Assembly: GCA_038321985.1 (NCBI GenBank) | Contig: JBBQFN010000012.1 | Location: 32,001 to 96,000 of the forward strand | Length of the DNA: 64,000 bases | Origin: Cyanophyceae cyanobacterium | GTDB lineage: Bacteria > Cyanobacteriota > Cyanobacteriia > Cyanobacteriales > Laspinemataceae | Direction: 5' to 3' | Made by a program: the position numbers and the translations under genes | The notes under the pieces: model-generated | The model's database searches: none | What the model was told of the DNA's origin: nothing | The model's input: only the letters and a program-made list of their open reading frames with translations | Shown here: positions 51,375 through 61,925 of the stretch, piece after piece | How the letters are laid out: every line of letters begins with the position of its first letter | Numbering within the stretch: the first letter of the stretch is position 1

Positions 51375-52085
51375 ATGTTGAACCCATCAAATTTTTTAAC
51401 CGAACAAATGCTCAAGCAAACCCTCAACCGATTTCAACCTTTCCTAACTCGTAACCCCGGAATGAAAGGGGGATTAATGATAGTCGCTGTTGCAGTCGCC
51501 CTATTTTTGGCTGTTGAACCCGCCCTTGCCCATCACGGGATGGATTCCGCTACCCCGAGTAACTTTTGGGAGGGACTTCTCTCGGGACTCGCACATCCGA
51601 TTATTGGTCTCGATCATTTTGCCTTTGTGGTGGCGATCGCCTTACTGTCTGCATTACATCCCTACGGCATCGGTATTCCAGTCGCCTTTGCGATCGCCGC
51701 AATGGGAGGAACCGGAATTCACTTACTCAGTATTGATATTCCGGCTGTGGAAATGATCATTGCCGCTTCTGTACTCACAGTCGGAAGCCTACTGGCAATG
51801 AAAACACGGCCCAATTTAAAACTCGTCGCCGCAGTCGCCGCAGTCGCTGGTATCTTTCACGGGTATGCTTACGGTGAAGCCATCATCGGCGCAGAAACCG
51901 CACCTTTACTCGCTTACCTGACTGGATTTACTGCCATCCAAATCGCCGTCGCCTACGGTGCGGTCGCCCTAGCCCGAAAAGCCCTTAACGCTTTCGATCA
52001 AGGCCCTAACTTATCTCTAAGATTTGCCGGATTTACCATCGGGGGCATCGGCGCGGCATATCTGGCTTCTTCCATTCTGGGTTAA
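51375..52085 (+). CDS. hupE: HupE/UreJ-family Co/Ni transporter
   Basis: ALAHH, GLAHPIIGLDH, FHGYAYG; alternative start at 51408. Confidence 0.9.
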   Translation: MLNPSNFLTEQMLKQTLNRFQPFLTRNPGMKGGLMIVAVAVALFLAVEPALAHHGMDSATPSNFWEGLLSGLAHPIIGLDHFAFVVAIALLSALHPYGIGIPVAFAIAAMGGTGIHLLSIDIPAVEMIIAASVLTVGSLLAMKTRPNLKLVAAVAAVAGIFHGYAYGEAIIGAETAPLLAYLTGFTAIQIAVAYGAVALARKALNAFDQGPNLSLRFAGFTIGGIGAAYLASSILG

Positions 52086-52176
52086 TCCTCTGCCCCAGCA
52101 TCATTAGGGTGAGGAATCAATCCCTCACCCTAATTATACCCTTACTCCCTCCTCTCACTTTCTCTCAACGTCACCC

Positions 52177-53217
52177 ATGCATAAAATACCCGTTACCGTC
52201 ATCACTGGTTTTCTCGGGGCTGGCAAAACTAGCACCATTCGTAACCTCCTCCAAAACAATCACGGACGACGCATCGCCGTAATTGTCAATGAATTTGGGG
52301 AAGTCGGCATTGACGGCGAGTTTCTCAAATCCTGCCAAGTCTGTGACGAATCTCCCGCGACAAATAGCAATATTATTGAACTGACCAACGGTTGCCTCTG
52401 TTGCACCGTTCAGGAAGAATTTTTGCCCACCATGCAGGAATTACTTAAACATCGCGATCGCCTCGATTGTATGTTAATCGAAACCTCCGGACTTGCCCTC
52501 CCAAAACCCTTGATCCAAGCCTTTCGCTGGCCGGAAATCCGTACAGGTGCAACAGTAGATGGAGTGGTTACCTTGGTCGATTGTGAGGCCGTCGCCGCCG
52601 GTACCCTCGTCGGTGACATTGATGCCTTAGAACAAGCTAGACAAGCCGACCCCAGTTTAGATCATGAAACCCCCATCGAAGAATTATTTGAAGATCAACT
52701 CGCCTGTGCGGATTTAGTATTATTAACCAAAATTGATTTAGTCGATGCAGAAACGCAAACTAAAGTCATCACTTGGCTGCGATCGCAACTGCCCCCCCAT
52801 GTCAAAATTGTTCCCTGCAAAAGCAGTGAAATTACCGCCGAATTACTCCTAGGATTTAATGCCGCCGTCGAAGACAACCTCGACAGTCGTCCCAGTCATC
52901 ATGACACCGAAGAGGAACATGATCACGATGATGAGATCACGTCCGTCAACATCATACTAGACCAAACCTTTGACCCCAAAACTTTAGTTGCCCAACTACA
53001 AAATCTAGTAGAAATAGCAGAAATTTATCGCATCAAAGGATTTGTAGCCGTTGCCAATAAACCCATGCGATTAGTTTTACAAGGCGTCGGCAAACGCTTC
53101 GACCACTTTTATGATCGCCCCTGGCAGGAAGCCGAACCTCAGCAAACCCGCCTAGTCTTCATCGGACGTAACCTCAACCGCGACCAAATCTTAGAGGCGA
53201 TCGACCCCAGTTCGTAG
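52177..53217 (+). CDS. cobW: Cobalamin biosynthesis GTPase
   Basis: TGFLGAGKT, GCLCCTVQEEF, ETSGLALPKPL, LFEDQL, His-rich linker. Confidence 0.95.
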   Translation: MHKIPVTVITGFLGAGKTSTIRNLLQNNHGRRIAVIVNEFGEVGIDGEFLKSCQVCDESPATNSNIIELTNGCLCCTVQEEFLPTMQELLKHRDRLDCMLIETSGLALPKPLIQAFRWPEIRTGATVDGVVTLVDCEAVAAGTLVGDIDALEQARQADPSLDHETPIEELFEDQLACADLVLLTKIDLVDAETQTKVITWLRSQLPPHVKIVPCKSSEITAELLLGFNAAVEDNLDSRPSHHDTEEEHDHDDEITSVNIILDQTFDPKTLVAQLQNLVEIAEIYRIKGFVAVANKPMRLVLQGVGKRFDHFYDRPWQEAEPQQTRLVFIGRNLNRDQILEAIDPSS

Positions 53218-53348
53218 TAACGACTTTAGTCGTTTTTTCTCTTAGTTCATAGTAACGATTTTAGTCGTTTCTTCTCTTAGTTCGTAGTAACGATTTTAGT
53301 CGTTTCTTCTCTTAGTTCGTAGTAACGACTAAAGTCGTTTCTTCCTCT
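53209..53348 (+). repeat. Four tandem 35-bp REP units
   Basis: AGTTCGTAGTAACGA(C/T)TTTAGTCGTTTCTTCTCTT four times, no spacers. Confidence 0.9.
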
Positions 53349-53452
53349 CCATCAAATCAGGTGCGTCAGTGGTGAAAACCCGTAAAAATTTACCTCCGGT
53401 TTCCCATCTGACGCCCCCTACTTGCATTCTCCTTCTATTAAAAAATCCCCCT

Positions 53453-55048
53453 TTAACCCAACAAATTTAACTCTCCCGGTGAATTCCCCACATCCCACAG
53501 GGAATCAGACAAAGTTCCCGTTTCAGCCGCTGAAACAGGAAGTGGGGCCATTGAAGCGATCGGACTATCAAAGCACCGAGGCGGCATGGGGGGAGGCAGT
53601 GCAACATAACCAGGTACGGGGGGATGCCTGGGAGCGAGGAATGGATACCGATAAATGACAGAATAAGGTGTAGGATTTATCAGGTTATCAGACGCTTCCA
53701 CCATCAGGACGAAATTCTCGGGATTAACGTTCTCTGAATTAAACTGGGTCGTAAAAACCTCCAAAAAGAGGCCATTCGGATCCGTGGTATTCAATTCAGA
53801 AATCACGGTAAATGCTTCGGGAGGAAGAACCGTAGTTTCATTCGGTAAATTAACTTGCTTTAAAACTTGGGCATCGATTCCGGTCCCTAAAACCTCCAAG
53901 TTCAACGGTTCCCGCAAGGACTCAGGTAAAAAGTCCGGATTAACATTAATAACTTTGATGTTAATCTGCTCGCTCAATCCGGGAAACTCCAAGGTGGGGG
54001 TCCGTAAATATTCCAGACGATAATAATCTACCCTGTCCTCATTTGAAAGCAAGCCATCTACTCGATCGGGATTGGCAACTTTGGTTTCTTCTAAATTTTG
54101 TCGAAAGCCTAATTGAACTTCCCCTAAAAAAGGAGCGGTTGCCAGATTATTTTTTAAAGATTCTACCTCCGGCGCTAACGGAATTTTTTTACGAATTTCC
54201 TCAAATCCAAAGACCATAAAATGCGCGATCGCTTCTCGGTTGGTTAACCCCGCTTGCTGCAAATCGGCATTACTAGCTAAATAGGTATTCACATCAAAAT
54301 ACGGCGAAGCTCTGCGCCCCTCATCTCGCCCAAAATCTTGGAAATGCTCAAATAATTGAGTATCGTTAAAACCCGCTAAATCTGGATGTTGGCTGCGATA
54401 GTACAGACTAGAATACACCAAATTTTCTTGTAATTTATCTTGAACTTGACTGACAAAGCTAAGGCGCGTTCTTTGCTGTCCCTCATCCACCCCAAACCGA
54501 ATAAAATGTTCTAGGGCTTGTTCGTTCGTAAACCCAAGCTGCTGTAAATCACCGGAGTTTTCCAGATAAGTGTTGACAGAAAAAGATGAACTCCCCTGGC
54601 GGCCTTCATTGACCCCAAAATTAACAAAATGTTGAAAAAGCTGCTGATTACTCAAACCCCCTAAATCCGCATATCGTTGTTGGTAATACTCTGCATTAAA
54701 GTATTCAGGACGTATCGGGAACTGGCTTCGAGGGCTAACAAGAGAGAACGACGCAAAATCAGTCTGGACTCTCAAAGGCCGACCTTCATCCAGTCCAAAG
54801 TCCCGTAAATGCTCAAAAGCAGTCCTTAACCGAGTTTGTGGTGAATTAAAAGTCTCTGCATTGGGATAAATTTCGCAGTTCCAGTCTGCATAAGTATCCA
54901 ACATTTGGGGGGTTACCCATCGGGAAAATTCTCGCCCTTCTACCAAACCAAAGGTGACTAAATGTTGTAAAGCCTCTTCATCACTCAATCCCCCTAGGTC
55001 TGAATTAACGCTGCGATAATAGCTCGGATCGAATAACTCTAAGGCCAT
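53453..55048 (-). CDS. Hypothetical repeat protein with a PPC-like C-terminal region
   Basis: Repeated YY...DL....L.QHF..FG..EGR units; D.VDYYRL motif. Confidence 0.7.
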   Translation of the reverse strand: MALELFDPSYYRSVNSDLGGLSDEEALQHLVTFGLVEGREFSRWVTPQMLDTYADWNCEIYPNAETFNSPQTRLRTAFEHLRDFGLDEGRPLRVQTDFASFSLVSPRSQFPIRPEYFNAEYYQQRYADLGGLSNQQLFQHFVNFGVNEGRQGSSSFSVNTYLENSGDLQQLGFTNEQALEHFIRFGVDEGQQRTRLSFVSQVQDKLQENLVYSSLYYRSQHPDLAGFNDTQLFEHFQDFGRDEGRRASPYFDVNTYLASNADLQQAGLTNREAIAHFMVFGFEEIRKKIPLAPEVESLKNNLATAPFLGEVQLGFRQNLEETKVANPDRVDGLLSNEDRVDYYRLEYLRTPTLEFPGLSEQINIKVINVNPDFLPESLREPLNLEVLGTGIDAQVLKQVNLPNETTVLPPEAFTVISELNTTDPNGLFLEVFTTQFNSENVNPENFVLMVEASDNLINPTPYSVIYRYPFLAPRHPPVPGYVALPPPMPPRCFDSPIASMAPLPVSAAETGTLSDSLWDVGNSPGELNLLG

Positions 55049-55865
55049 AATAATTTCCTAGGGAATTTACGCTGCTCCTACGCTAACTTGTGAATCGGGT
55101 TTCGTCAAATTGGTGCAATTGGCTACAATGGAGACTGCCGAGATTCTATAGATTCAATCCCCCAGACCCTGCGACTTGTATCAATAACAGCTATGCGATC
55201 GCCTAAAGGTTTCTACCGGAGTTGGCAAGCCCAATAAGTGAGAACACCGGACCGGATTTCCTCTATCCCATCTTCCTGTTTGAGGATGGTTAAATCTCAC
55301 TGAGGGCGGCGATCGCATTCCATTCCCCTTGGAGTCTTTGTGCTATCCCCCGCAGCACAAAGGCGATCGCCCCCTTAGACCCCTCCCTATATTGCCTTCT
55401 CCAGCCCTTCCACTCCTCCCTCCTCAGTTTTTACCCTAGAATCCTGGGATACCTTGAAAAACAAAAAAAACTACAAAAATTTAAGATTTCATCCTCAGGA
55501 AAACCTGTAACAAGTGGTAGAATACAAAAATTATCTAAATTAAAAAATAATTTAAAAAAATATTTTAATGAATTCCGATCTCAAAACAAAAAAGTTGTTT
55601 ATGATAGAGGTATAGAAGTCTAACGGACGGGATAAAGAGAAATAGACGGGGTAACCCGATTAAATTCTGCCTTGCTTATCCCAAAACAAGCCAGATCTGC
55701 CGTTTCCCCAAGTCAGACTTTGGAAAAGGGTAACCTAGATAACAGTGACGGCTCTCTATCAAACAGACAGCAAGTCGTTCTCTTAGACAACTCATCAAAA
55801 TCCTGCGGTTCGACCCATCGTGAGCCTATCTAAGCGTGGTACTACAGAGATAGGAAAATAACAAA

Positions 55866-58568
55866 ATGAACAGCAAAGTCACAAACACCCAAGAACTCGA
55901 AGAACTGATTCAGCGCGTCAAAGTCGCACAAGAAAAATATTCCACCTACAGTCAGCAACAGGTGGATGAAATTTTCAAAAAAGCCGCCCTCGCTGCCAAC
56001 TCGGCGAGAATACCCCTTGCCAAGAAAGCTGTCGCTGAAACCGGCATGGGAGTCGTGGAAGACAAAGTGATTAAAAACCACTTTGCCTCAGAAATTATCT
56101 ACAACAAATATAAGCACGAGAAGACCTGCGGCATCATCGAAGAGGACAAATCTTTCGGCTTCCAGAAAATAGCCGAACCCGTGGGAATTCTCGCCGGAAT
56201 CGTCCCGACAACCAATCCCACCTCCACAGCAATTTTTAAGGCCCTCCTCGCCCTCAAGACCCGGAACGGGATTATTTTCTCTCCCCACCCCCGGGCCAAA
56301 GAATGTACTCGGGATGCGGCAAAAATAATCCTAGAAGCTGCCGTAGCCGCTGGAGCGCCGGAAGACATCATTGGCTGGATTGACGAGCCAACGGTGCCGT
56401 TATCCCAGCATTTGATGCAGCATCCAGAAATCAAACTGATCTTAGCAACCGGGGGTCCCGGCATGGTCAAAGCTGCCTACTCTTCGGGGCATCCGTCCCT
56501 AGGAGTGGGTGCAGGGAATACCCCAGCGGTGATCGACGCAACCGCCCATATCAAGATGGCCGTTTCTTCAATTCTGATCAGTAAGACGTTTGACAACGGG
56601 ATGATTTGTGCCTCAGAACAATCGGTGATTGTTGTAGATGAGGTGTATGAGGAGGTCAAACAGGAATTTTGCGATCGCGGGGCATACTTCCTCAATCCGG
56701 AAGAACGGCAAAAACTCGGCAGCAAAATTATTATCAACGGACGATTAAATCCCGATATTGTCGGACAATCCATCCAAACTCTCGCGGCGATCGCAGATAT
56801 TTCCGTCCCAGAAGAGACGCGGGTCCTAATTGGCGAAGTCGAGGAGATTTCCGAAGCCGAACCCTTTGCTTACGAAAAACTCTCCGCCATCTTAGCCATG
56901 TATCGGGCTACCGACTTTCATGATGCCGTCCATAAAGCCCATGACTTGGTGCAATTTGGAGGACGGGGACATACCGCTGTGCTTTATACATCCCCGGCGA
57001 ATACCCAGCATATCCATGAATTTGAAGGGCAAATGCAAACCGCGCGAGTGCTGATTAATACCCCCTCATCGCAAGGGGCGATCGGCGACCTGTATAACTT
57101 CCGCCTCGACCCCTCCCTCACCCTCGGGTGCGGCACCTGGGGAGGCAACTCCATCAGCGAAAACGTTGCCCCACACCACCTCCTCAACATCAAAACCGTC
57201 TCGGAACGCCGGGAAAATATGCTTTGGTTCCGGATTCCGCCCAAAGTGTACTTTAAATATGGTTCCCTACCCATCGCCCTCCGGGAACTTGCCGGAAAAC
57301 AACGCGCCTTTATCGTCACCGATAAACCGTTGTACGACATGGGTCTCACTAAGTCCGTCGAAGAGGTTCTCGAAGAAATCGGAGTTAAATCTGATATCTT
57401 CTTCGATGTCGAACCCGATCCATCCCTAACTACCGTGAATAAGGGACTGGAACGGATGAACTCTTTTAAACCCGACGTGATCATCGCCCTCGGGGGAGGG
57501 TCGCCAATGGATGCGGCGAAAGTCATGTGGTTGATGTACGAACATCCGGAAATCGAATTTGAAGGACTCGCCACCCGGTTTATGGACATCCGCAAACGGG
57601 TGTACGAACTGCCGCCATTGGGAGTTAAAGCGATCATGGTTGCCATTCCCACTACCTCGGGAACAGGTTCAGAAGTTACTCCCTTTGCGGTGGTAACCGA
57701 CGATCGCACGGGGATTAAGTATCCCCTAGCGGATTATGCCCTCACCCCCAACATGGCGATCGTTGATCCGGAATTGGTGCTGAATATGCCCAAGAAACTC
57801 ACCGCTTATGGTGGCATCGACGCCCTCACCCATGCCTTAGAAGCCTACGTTTCCGTCTGTGCCTCCGAATTCACCAACGGATTGGCATTAGAAGCGATTC
57901 GCCTGCTGTTTAAGTATCTACCCTCAGCGTATAAAAACGGGGCCAAAGACCCCAAAGCGCGGGAGAAAGTGCATTATGCCGCCACGATGGCAGGGATGGC
58001 ATTTGCCAATGCTTTCCTCGGCGTCTGTCACTCCATGGCACATAAACTGGGTTCGACGTTCCATGTCCCCCACGGGTTAGCCAACGCCCTGATGATTTCT
58101 CACGTCATCCGGTATAATGCTACCGACACGCCATTTAAACAAGCCATCTTCCCGCAATACAAATATCCCAACGCCAAATGGCGGTATGCGCGGATTGCCG
58201 ACTATCTCGGACTGGGTGGGGATACCGAACAAGAGAAAATTGAGAAACTGGTAGAGGCGATCGAGAACCTCAAGAAAGAGTTGGACCTTCCTCTGACCCT
58301 GAAAGAAGCCTTATCTGGGGATGACAAAGCCTTCTATGAAGAAGTCGAAGAAATGGCGGATCAGGCATTCGACGATCAATGTACCGGTGCCAATCCCCGC
58401 TATCCCCTGATTCGGGACCTCAAGGAGTTGTATATATTAGCCTACCGGGGTTGTCGCATCGACTCCGCCTTGTATCATCAAGAATCTCAGGAAGAGGTGT
58501 TACAAGGAAATAGCGCTGACAGCGTAACCTCTCTCATCCAGCCGGTGATGGTGGAAAGTAACTCGTAA
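55866..58568 (+). CDS. adhE: Bifunctional acetaldehyde-CoA/alcohol dehydrogenase
   Basis: PTTNPTST, FDNGMICASEQ, LTLGCGTWGGNS, GGGSPMDAAK, HSMAHK. Confidence 0.98.
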   Translation: MNSKVTNTQELEELIQRVKVAQEKYSTYSQQQVDEIFKKAALAANSARIPLAKKAVAETGMGVVEDKVIKNHFASEIIYNKYKHEKTCGIIEEDKSFGFQKIAEPVGILAGIVPTTNPTSTAIFKALLALKTRNGIIFSPHPRAKECTRDAAKIILEAAVAAGAPEDIIGWIDEPTVPLSQHLMQHPEIKLILATGGPGMVKAAYSSGHPSLGVGAGNTPAVIDATAHIKMAVSSILISKTFDNGMICASEQSVIVVDEVYEEVKQEFCDRGAYFLNPEERQKLGSKIIINGRLNPDIVGQSIQTLAAIADISVPEETRVLIGEVEEISEAEPFAYEKLSAILAMYRATDFHDAVHKAHDLVQFGGRGHTAVLYTSPANTQHIHEFEGQMQTARVLINTPSSQGAIGDLYNFRLDPSLTLGCGTWGGNSISENVAPHHLLNIKTVSERRENMLWFRIPPKVYFKYGSLPIALRELAGKQRAFIVTDKPLYDMGLTKSVEEVLEEIGVKSDIFFDVEPDPSLTTVNKGLERMNSFKPDVIIALGGGSPMDAAKVMWLMYEHPEIEFEGLATRFMDIRKRVYELPPLGVKAIMVAIPTTSGTGSEVTPFAVVTDDRTGIKYPLADYALTPNMAIVDPELVLNMPKKLTAYGGIDALTHALEAYVSVCASEFTNGLALEAIRLLFKYLPSAYKNGAKDPKAREKVHYAATMAGMAFANAFLGVCHSMAHKLGSTFHVPHGLANALMISHVIRYNATDTPFKQAIFPQYKYPNAKWRYARIADYLGLGGDTEQEKIEKLVEAIENLKKELDLPLTLKEALSGDDKAFYEEVEEMADQAFDDQCTGANPRYPLIRDLKELYILAYRGCRIDSALYHQESQEEVLQGNSADSVTSLIQPVMVESNS

Positions 58569-58607
58569 CATCTGAGAAACGCCTCCGGTGATGCTGGAGA
58601 CTAACCT

Positions 58608-58637
58608 AAAAAAGCCCGTATTCATGCGGGCTTTTTT
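58608..58637. terminator. Bidirectional intrinsic terminator
   Basis: AAAAAAGCCCGTA-TTCA-TGCGGGCTTTTTT between convergent genes. Confidence 0.88.
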
Positions 58638-58698
58638 GTTGGGGAGTAACCCGGTTTAATGACAGCTTACAGTTCTCAAAATTCTCTAACCTTTACAA

Positions 58699-59649
58699 TT
58701 ATTTGAACTTACGACCAATGTAACCAATGATAATCTGACGTGTCCCTAAATCCGGAAAAAAATAAAGCCGCCAATCTCCCGGTGTCCTCCGAAAGTGCCA
58801 ACTGAAGAGACGACTTTCACCATCGGGACAGTCAAAAGTTAGCTCTTTTTTAAACTGTTGCAGCCTTGAAACACTTTCTGGATCCACGTTAAGAAGGGCC
58901 TCTCTCTTGAAAGGACCAGAGGTCCACTGATTGCTGTAATTTTCCAAATCATCTAATCGTTCTTTTACAGCCTTGAGCATCGGATCGTTCGCTAAGAGGG
59001 TTTTTAATTGCTTTTCCACCGCATTACAAAAATTCAAATGAGGGAATAAATCTTCTTTACGCTGCCATAAATCCACCCCATCTCGCACTTGAACTTGAGT
59101 ATAACTCTTAATCCAATCCGCGTGCTCTTCGACATGATCTTTATGACTGGCATGGCGAATTTCTACTTTGTTATCTTCATCATTGTTTTCACATTTTATG
59201 ATATCTACGCTGATATAGCTGCAATCCCAACAGTCTGCGGAAGGAAAGCTGATTGCAAGTGCATTCAGCAAGTAGGCGACGCCTAGTCCAATGGCGCGTT
59301 CCCCCTCATACCTATACTCATAATTTGCCTGGTTATTTTCAAGGTCTTGAATGTCTGGATTATCTATAGCATGGGAAAAGGGAGAATTCGTTGCAAGTGT
59401 TAGGATTATATCCCGTTTCATTTGATCTACTTCTTGATCATTAAGCCAGCGGAATAGGAGATAGTTGGGGGCAAGCTGGGTAGAATGAAAGTCATATTGC
59501 GTTCGCAGAGAAACTGATTCAGCACTATATTTTGCTATAGCATTTATCGTGCCAATCAAATCTGACATCCATTGTCGTGCTTTGTAAATATCCGGTGCAG
59601 GATGCCGCAGAGATAGTTCATTTAATACCATTTCCATTTTTATTGTCAT
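58699..59649 (-). CDS. Putative defence effector (Menshen NsnC-like) with RelE-like C-terminal domain
   Basis: N-terminal LNELS; C-terminal FSWH.R.TPGDWRLYF...IIIGYIG; third gene of the DUF262-ATPase operon. Confidence 0.65.
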   Translation of the reverse strand: MTIKMEMVLNELSLRHPAPDIYKARQWMSDLIGTINAIAKYSAESVSLRTQYDFHSTQLAPNYLLFRWLNDQEVDQMKRDIILTLATNSPFSHAIDNPDIQDLENNQANYEYRYEGERAIGLGVAYLLNALAISFPSADCWDCSYISVDIIKCENNDEDNKVEIRHASHKDHVEEHADWIKSYTQVQVRDGVDLWQRKEDLFPHLNFCNAVEKQLKTLLANDPMLKAVKERLDDLENYSNQWTSGPFKREALLNVDPESVSRLQQFKKELTFDCPDGESRLFSWHFRRTPGDWRLYFFPDLGTRQIIIGYIGRKFK

Positions 59650-59655
59650 GATATC

Positions 59656-60750
59656 TTATTTTTCGGCTGGTTCTAATAAACCAAACAAGCTCTTTTGCCA
59701 TTCATTGAAGAAGCCATCGGGCCATTGGTCAATTCTTCCATTGCGATCGATATGGGGAGAAATTACCTCGGTCATCCCTTGTTTAGTTCGACTCAAGAAG
59801 TGGCACTGGACATCTTTAGGGGCGAGTTTTCCACCATGAACAGCAAGACGAATCCCATTTAAAACATGATCGCTATGAGTTTCTACGACCACTTGAACCC
59901 CACTACTTGCAGCTAAAGATAATAACTCGCCCATTTTGACTTGTCCTTTAGGATGCAGGTGAGCTTCGGGGTTTTCAAGGAGGATTAAAGTCCCGGGTTC
60001 CGATGCCAGCACTGCCACAATAATCGGCAAGGTGTAACTAATTCCAAATCCAACATTAGTAGCACGGTAGGGATTGCTTAATCCGTAGGAATATTGTAAA
60101 ATGACCAAATCTAAAGCCGGATTTGAATTGATTTTTATGCGAGTACCGGGACTGACTTCTCCCATCCAGGCCTCAACTTGACTATGTAGTGTGAGGGAAT
60201 CCTCATCTAAATGTTTCAACCTGCTATTCGGAATAATTTCATCACTATAAATAGACAGGAAATGTGCAGTATATTCACCTCTTATTCCCAGTTGTTGGTG
60301 CTGACGAACTTGAAAATCCGACCTTTCTATGCGGGGACCAATCCGTTCAGCCTGTAAATAATGGAAGCGATCGCTGAAAAGACTGGATTCATAAATAGTT
60401 GATGTATTGGGTTGAGAGGTAAGTCCTAAAAAATCCGTTTCTGAGCTATAGCTAAAATCCCATCTACCTTGAGTATCATCTTCCCAGAGGACCTCAAACC
60501 CGATTGAGTTTTCTTTAGCCTCGGCAAACAGCGCATCTTTAGCCGTGCCAATACAAACCAAGTCTCCATTCAGCGCTAAACCTACATCGGGTAATAGTTT
60601 TTGTTGATAAGATTGCCGCAGCAGTAGGAGCGATTGCAGCACTGAAGATTTACCTGTACTATTTAAACCGGAAAGCAACGTCAGGGGCTTAAACTCAAAC
60701 GACTGTTCCTCGAAGGCTTTAAAGTGCTTTAATTTAACAAGGGTTATCAT
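59656..60750 (-). CDS. ABC-type ATPase with DUF3696-like C-terminus (Menshen NsnB-like)
   Basis: GLNSTGKSS, NVGFGISY, LENPEAHLHP, ETHSDH, G.IDQWPDGFF. Confidence 0.85.
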   Translation of the reverse strand: MITLVKLKHFKAFEEQSFEFKPLTLLSGLNSTGKSSVLQSLLLLRQSYQQKLLPDVGLALNGDLVCIGTAKDALFAEAKENSIGFEVLWEDDTQGRWDFSYSSETDFLGLTSQPNTSTIYESSLFSDRFHYLQAERIGPRIERSDFQVRQHQQLGIRGEYTAHFLSIYSDEIIPNSRLKHLDEDSLTLHSQVEAWMGEVSPGTRIKINSNPALDLVILQYSYGLSNPYRATNVGFGISYTLPIIVAVLASEPGTLILLENPEAHLHPKGQVKMGELLSLAASSGVQVVVETHSDHVLNGIRLAVHGGKLAPKDVQCHFLSRTKQGMTEVISPHIDRNGRIDQWPDGFFNEWQKSLFGLLEPAEK

Positions 60751-61925
60751 ACGAGTACCTCTTCAATGATATGTTCAATTAGTGAAAACCGATAGCTAAT
60801 TTTTTGTGGACCCAGAGAAATTGATTTAACAAAGGCTTCATCATTTTTCATGCAATTTATAAATTTTTGAATCAATTGGGTTTTGCGCTTGATTAAGAGT
60901 TCAATCTGTTCATCGGTGAGATTTCCTAGGCAGGCGGACCAAGCCTCAAACAAGGATTTGTTAATCGGATATTTTTTGTCTGGATTTTCGGCAGATAGTT
61001 TCCGAAAGGCGCGATCGCCAAAAATCTCAAAGGCAGCCACCATCACTTTTCTAAATTTTACTTCTATCACGTTAAGTTCCGCATCATTCATTTTATTAAC
61101 GGTAGCCAAGGTTTCATTAAAAAAATAATCTCTACCTTTTTTGACGGGATAATCTTTGTAAGGCGTTATGGTATAGGCTAAAAACCCGACGATAAATTCA
61201 TGATCATCCCGACGGGCTTTTTTAGATTCTCCTAAATTGATGACTTGTTTAAATTCGGGAAATTCAGCGAGTCTTGCTAAAAGTTTTGTAGCTTTACCCG
61301 GATTGAGAGCGTGACGGAGTTCTTGAGGAGATAGGGGTAAACCTCCGGTATTAATTCGTTTAAAAATGTTATATTTAACTTCCGGGGGAGTGCCTTTTTC
61401 AATCAGATAAAGGGTTAGCTGCGTTTCTGCAATTCGACGCTGGTAGTTTCGAGGGAGTTCATCATAATTTTTCCCTTCAATATCTTTGAGATATTCTAAC
61501 CCTTTCAGTTTCAGCGTTTTGTCTATGATAAACTCCTTAATGGCACTTAGACGTTGTAATCCATCAATCACTAGCCACTTGTCGTCATTAGTCGCATCTA
61601 AATAAAAGGCAGGCAAAGGTATCCGGATAAGGATAGATTCAATTAAGCGGCTTTTTACATCTTCTTTCCAGATTCCTTCTTTGCGCTGAAAATCCGGTGC
61701 TAAGTCTAGTTCATCATGATTAATTCGCGAGAGGACCAGATCTATAGTCATGGGTCTAGTCTCCACCCTAATTTTTGTTGGATCAAAGGGCTCGTTTGTG
61801 GTTTCTTCTTCCTCTGGTTCGATCGCATTCTCGTCCTCAATCTCTAAGTCTGGTTCTAGCCATTGTTCGGCTTTATACTTGTCTTGTGCCACGCTTACTC
61901 CTTCGGGATATGCCCCATTGATCAC
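60747..61925 (-). CDS. DUF262 (ParB/GmrS-like) protein (Menshen NsnA-like)
   Basis: PDFQR, SRLIESIL..IPLP, VIDGLQRL, IFKRINTGG..LS.QE.R; 4-bp overlap with the ATPase gene. Confidence 0.88.
   Translation of the reverse strand: MINGAYPEGVSVAQDKYKAEQWLEPDLEIEDENAIEPEEEETTNEPFDPTKIRVETRPMTIDLVLSRINHDELDLAPDFQRKEGIWKEDVKSRLIESILIRIPLPAFYLDATNDDKWLVIDGLQRLSAIKEFIIDKTLKLKGLEYLKDIEGKNYDELPRNYQRRIAETQLTLYLIEKGTPPEVKYNIFKRINTGGLPLSPQELRHALNPGKATKLLARLAEFPEFKQVINLGESKKARRDDHEFIVGFLAYTITPYKDYPVKKGRDYFFNETLATVNKMNDAELNVIEVKFRKVMVAAFEIFGDRAFRKLSAENPDKKYPINKSLFEAWSACLGNLTDEQIELLIKRKTQLIQKFINCMKNDEAFVKSISLGPQKISYRFSLIEHIIEEVLV

Noticed and set aside
53209..53348. CRISPR array (35-bp palindromic repeats)
   Set aside because: Units are directly adjacent with no unique spacers, no cas genes are present, and the same motif is dispersed elsewhere as a REP
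55506..55524. NtcA site upstream of adhE
   Set aside because: GTA-N8-TAG does not match GTA-N8-TAC; too weak to call
56984..57709. 241-aa antisense ORF in adhE, and similar shadow ORFs (10431-10934, 18721-19152, 21830-22183)
   Set aside because: They fully overlap well-supported genes and have no recognisable motifs; explained by codon bias
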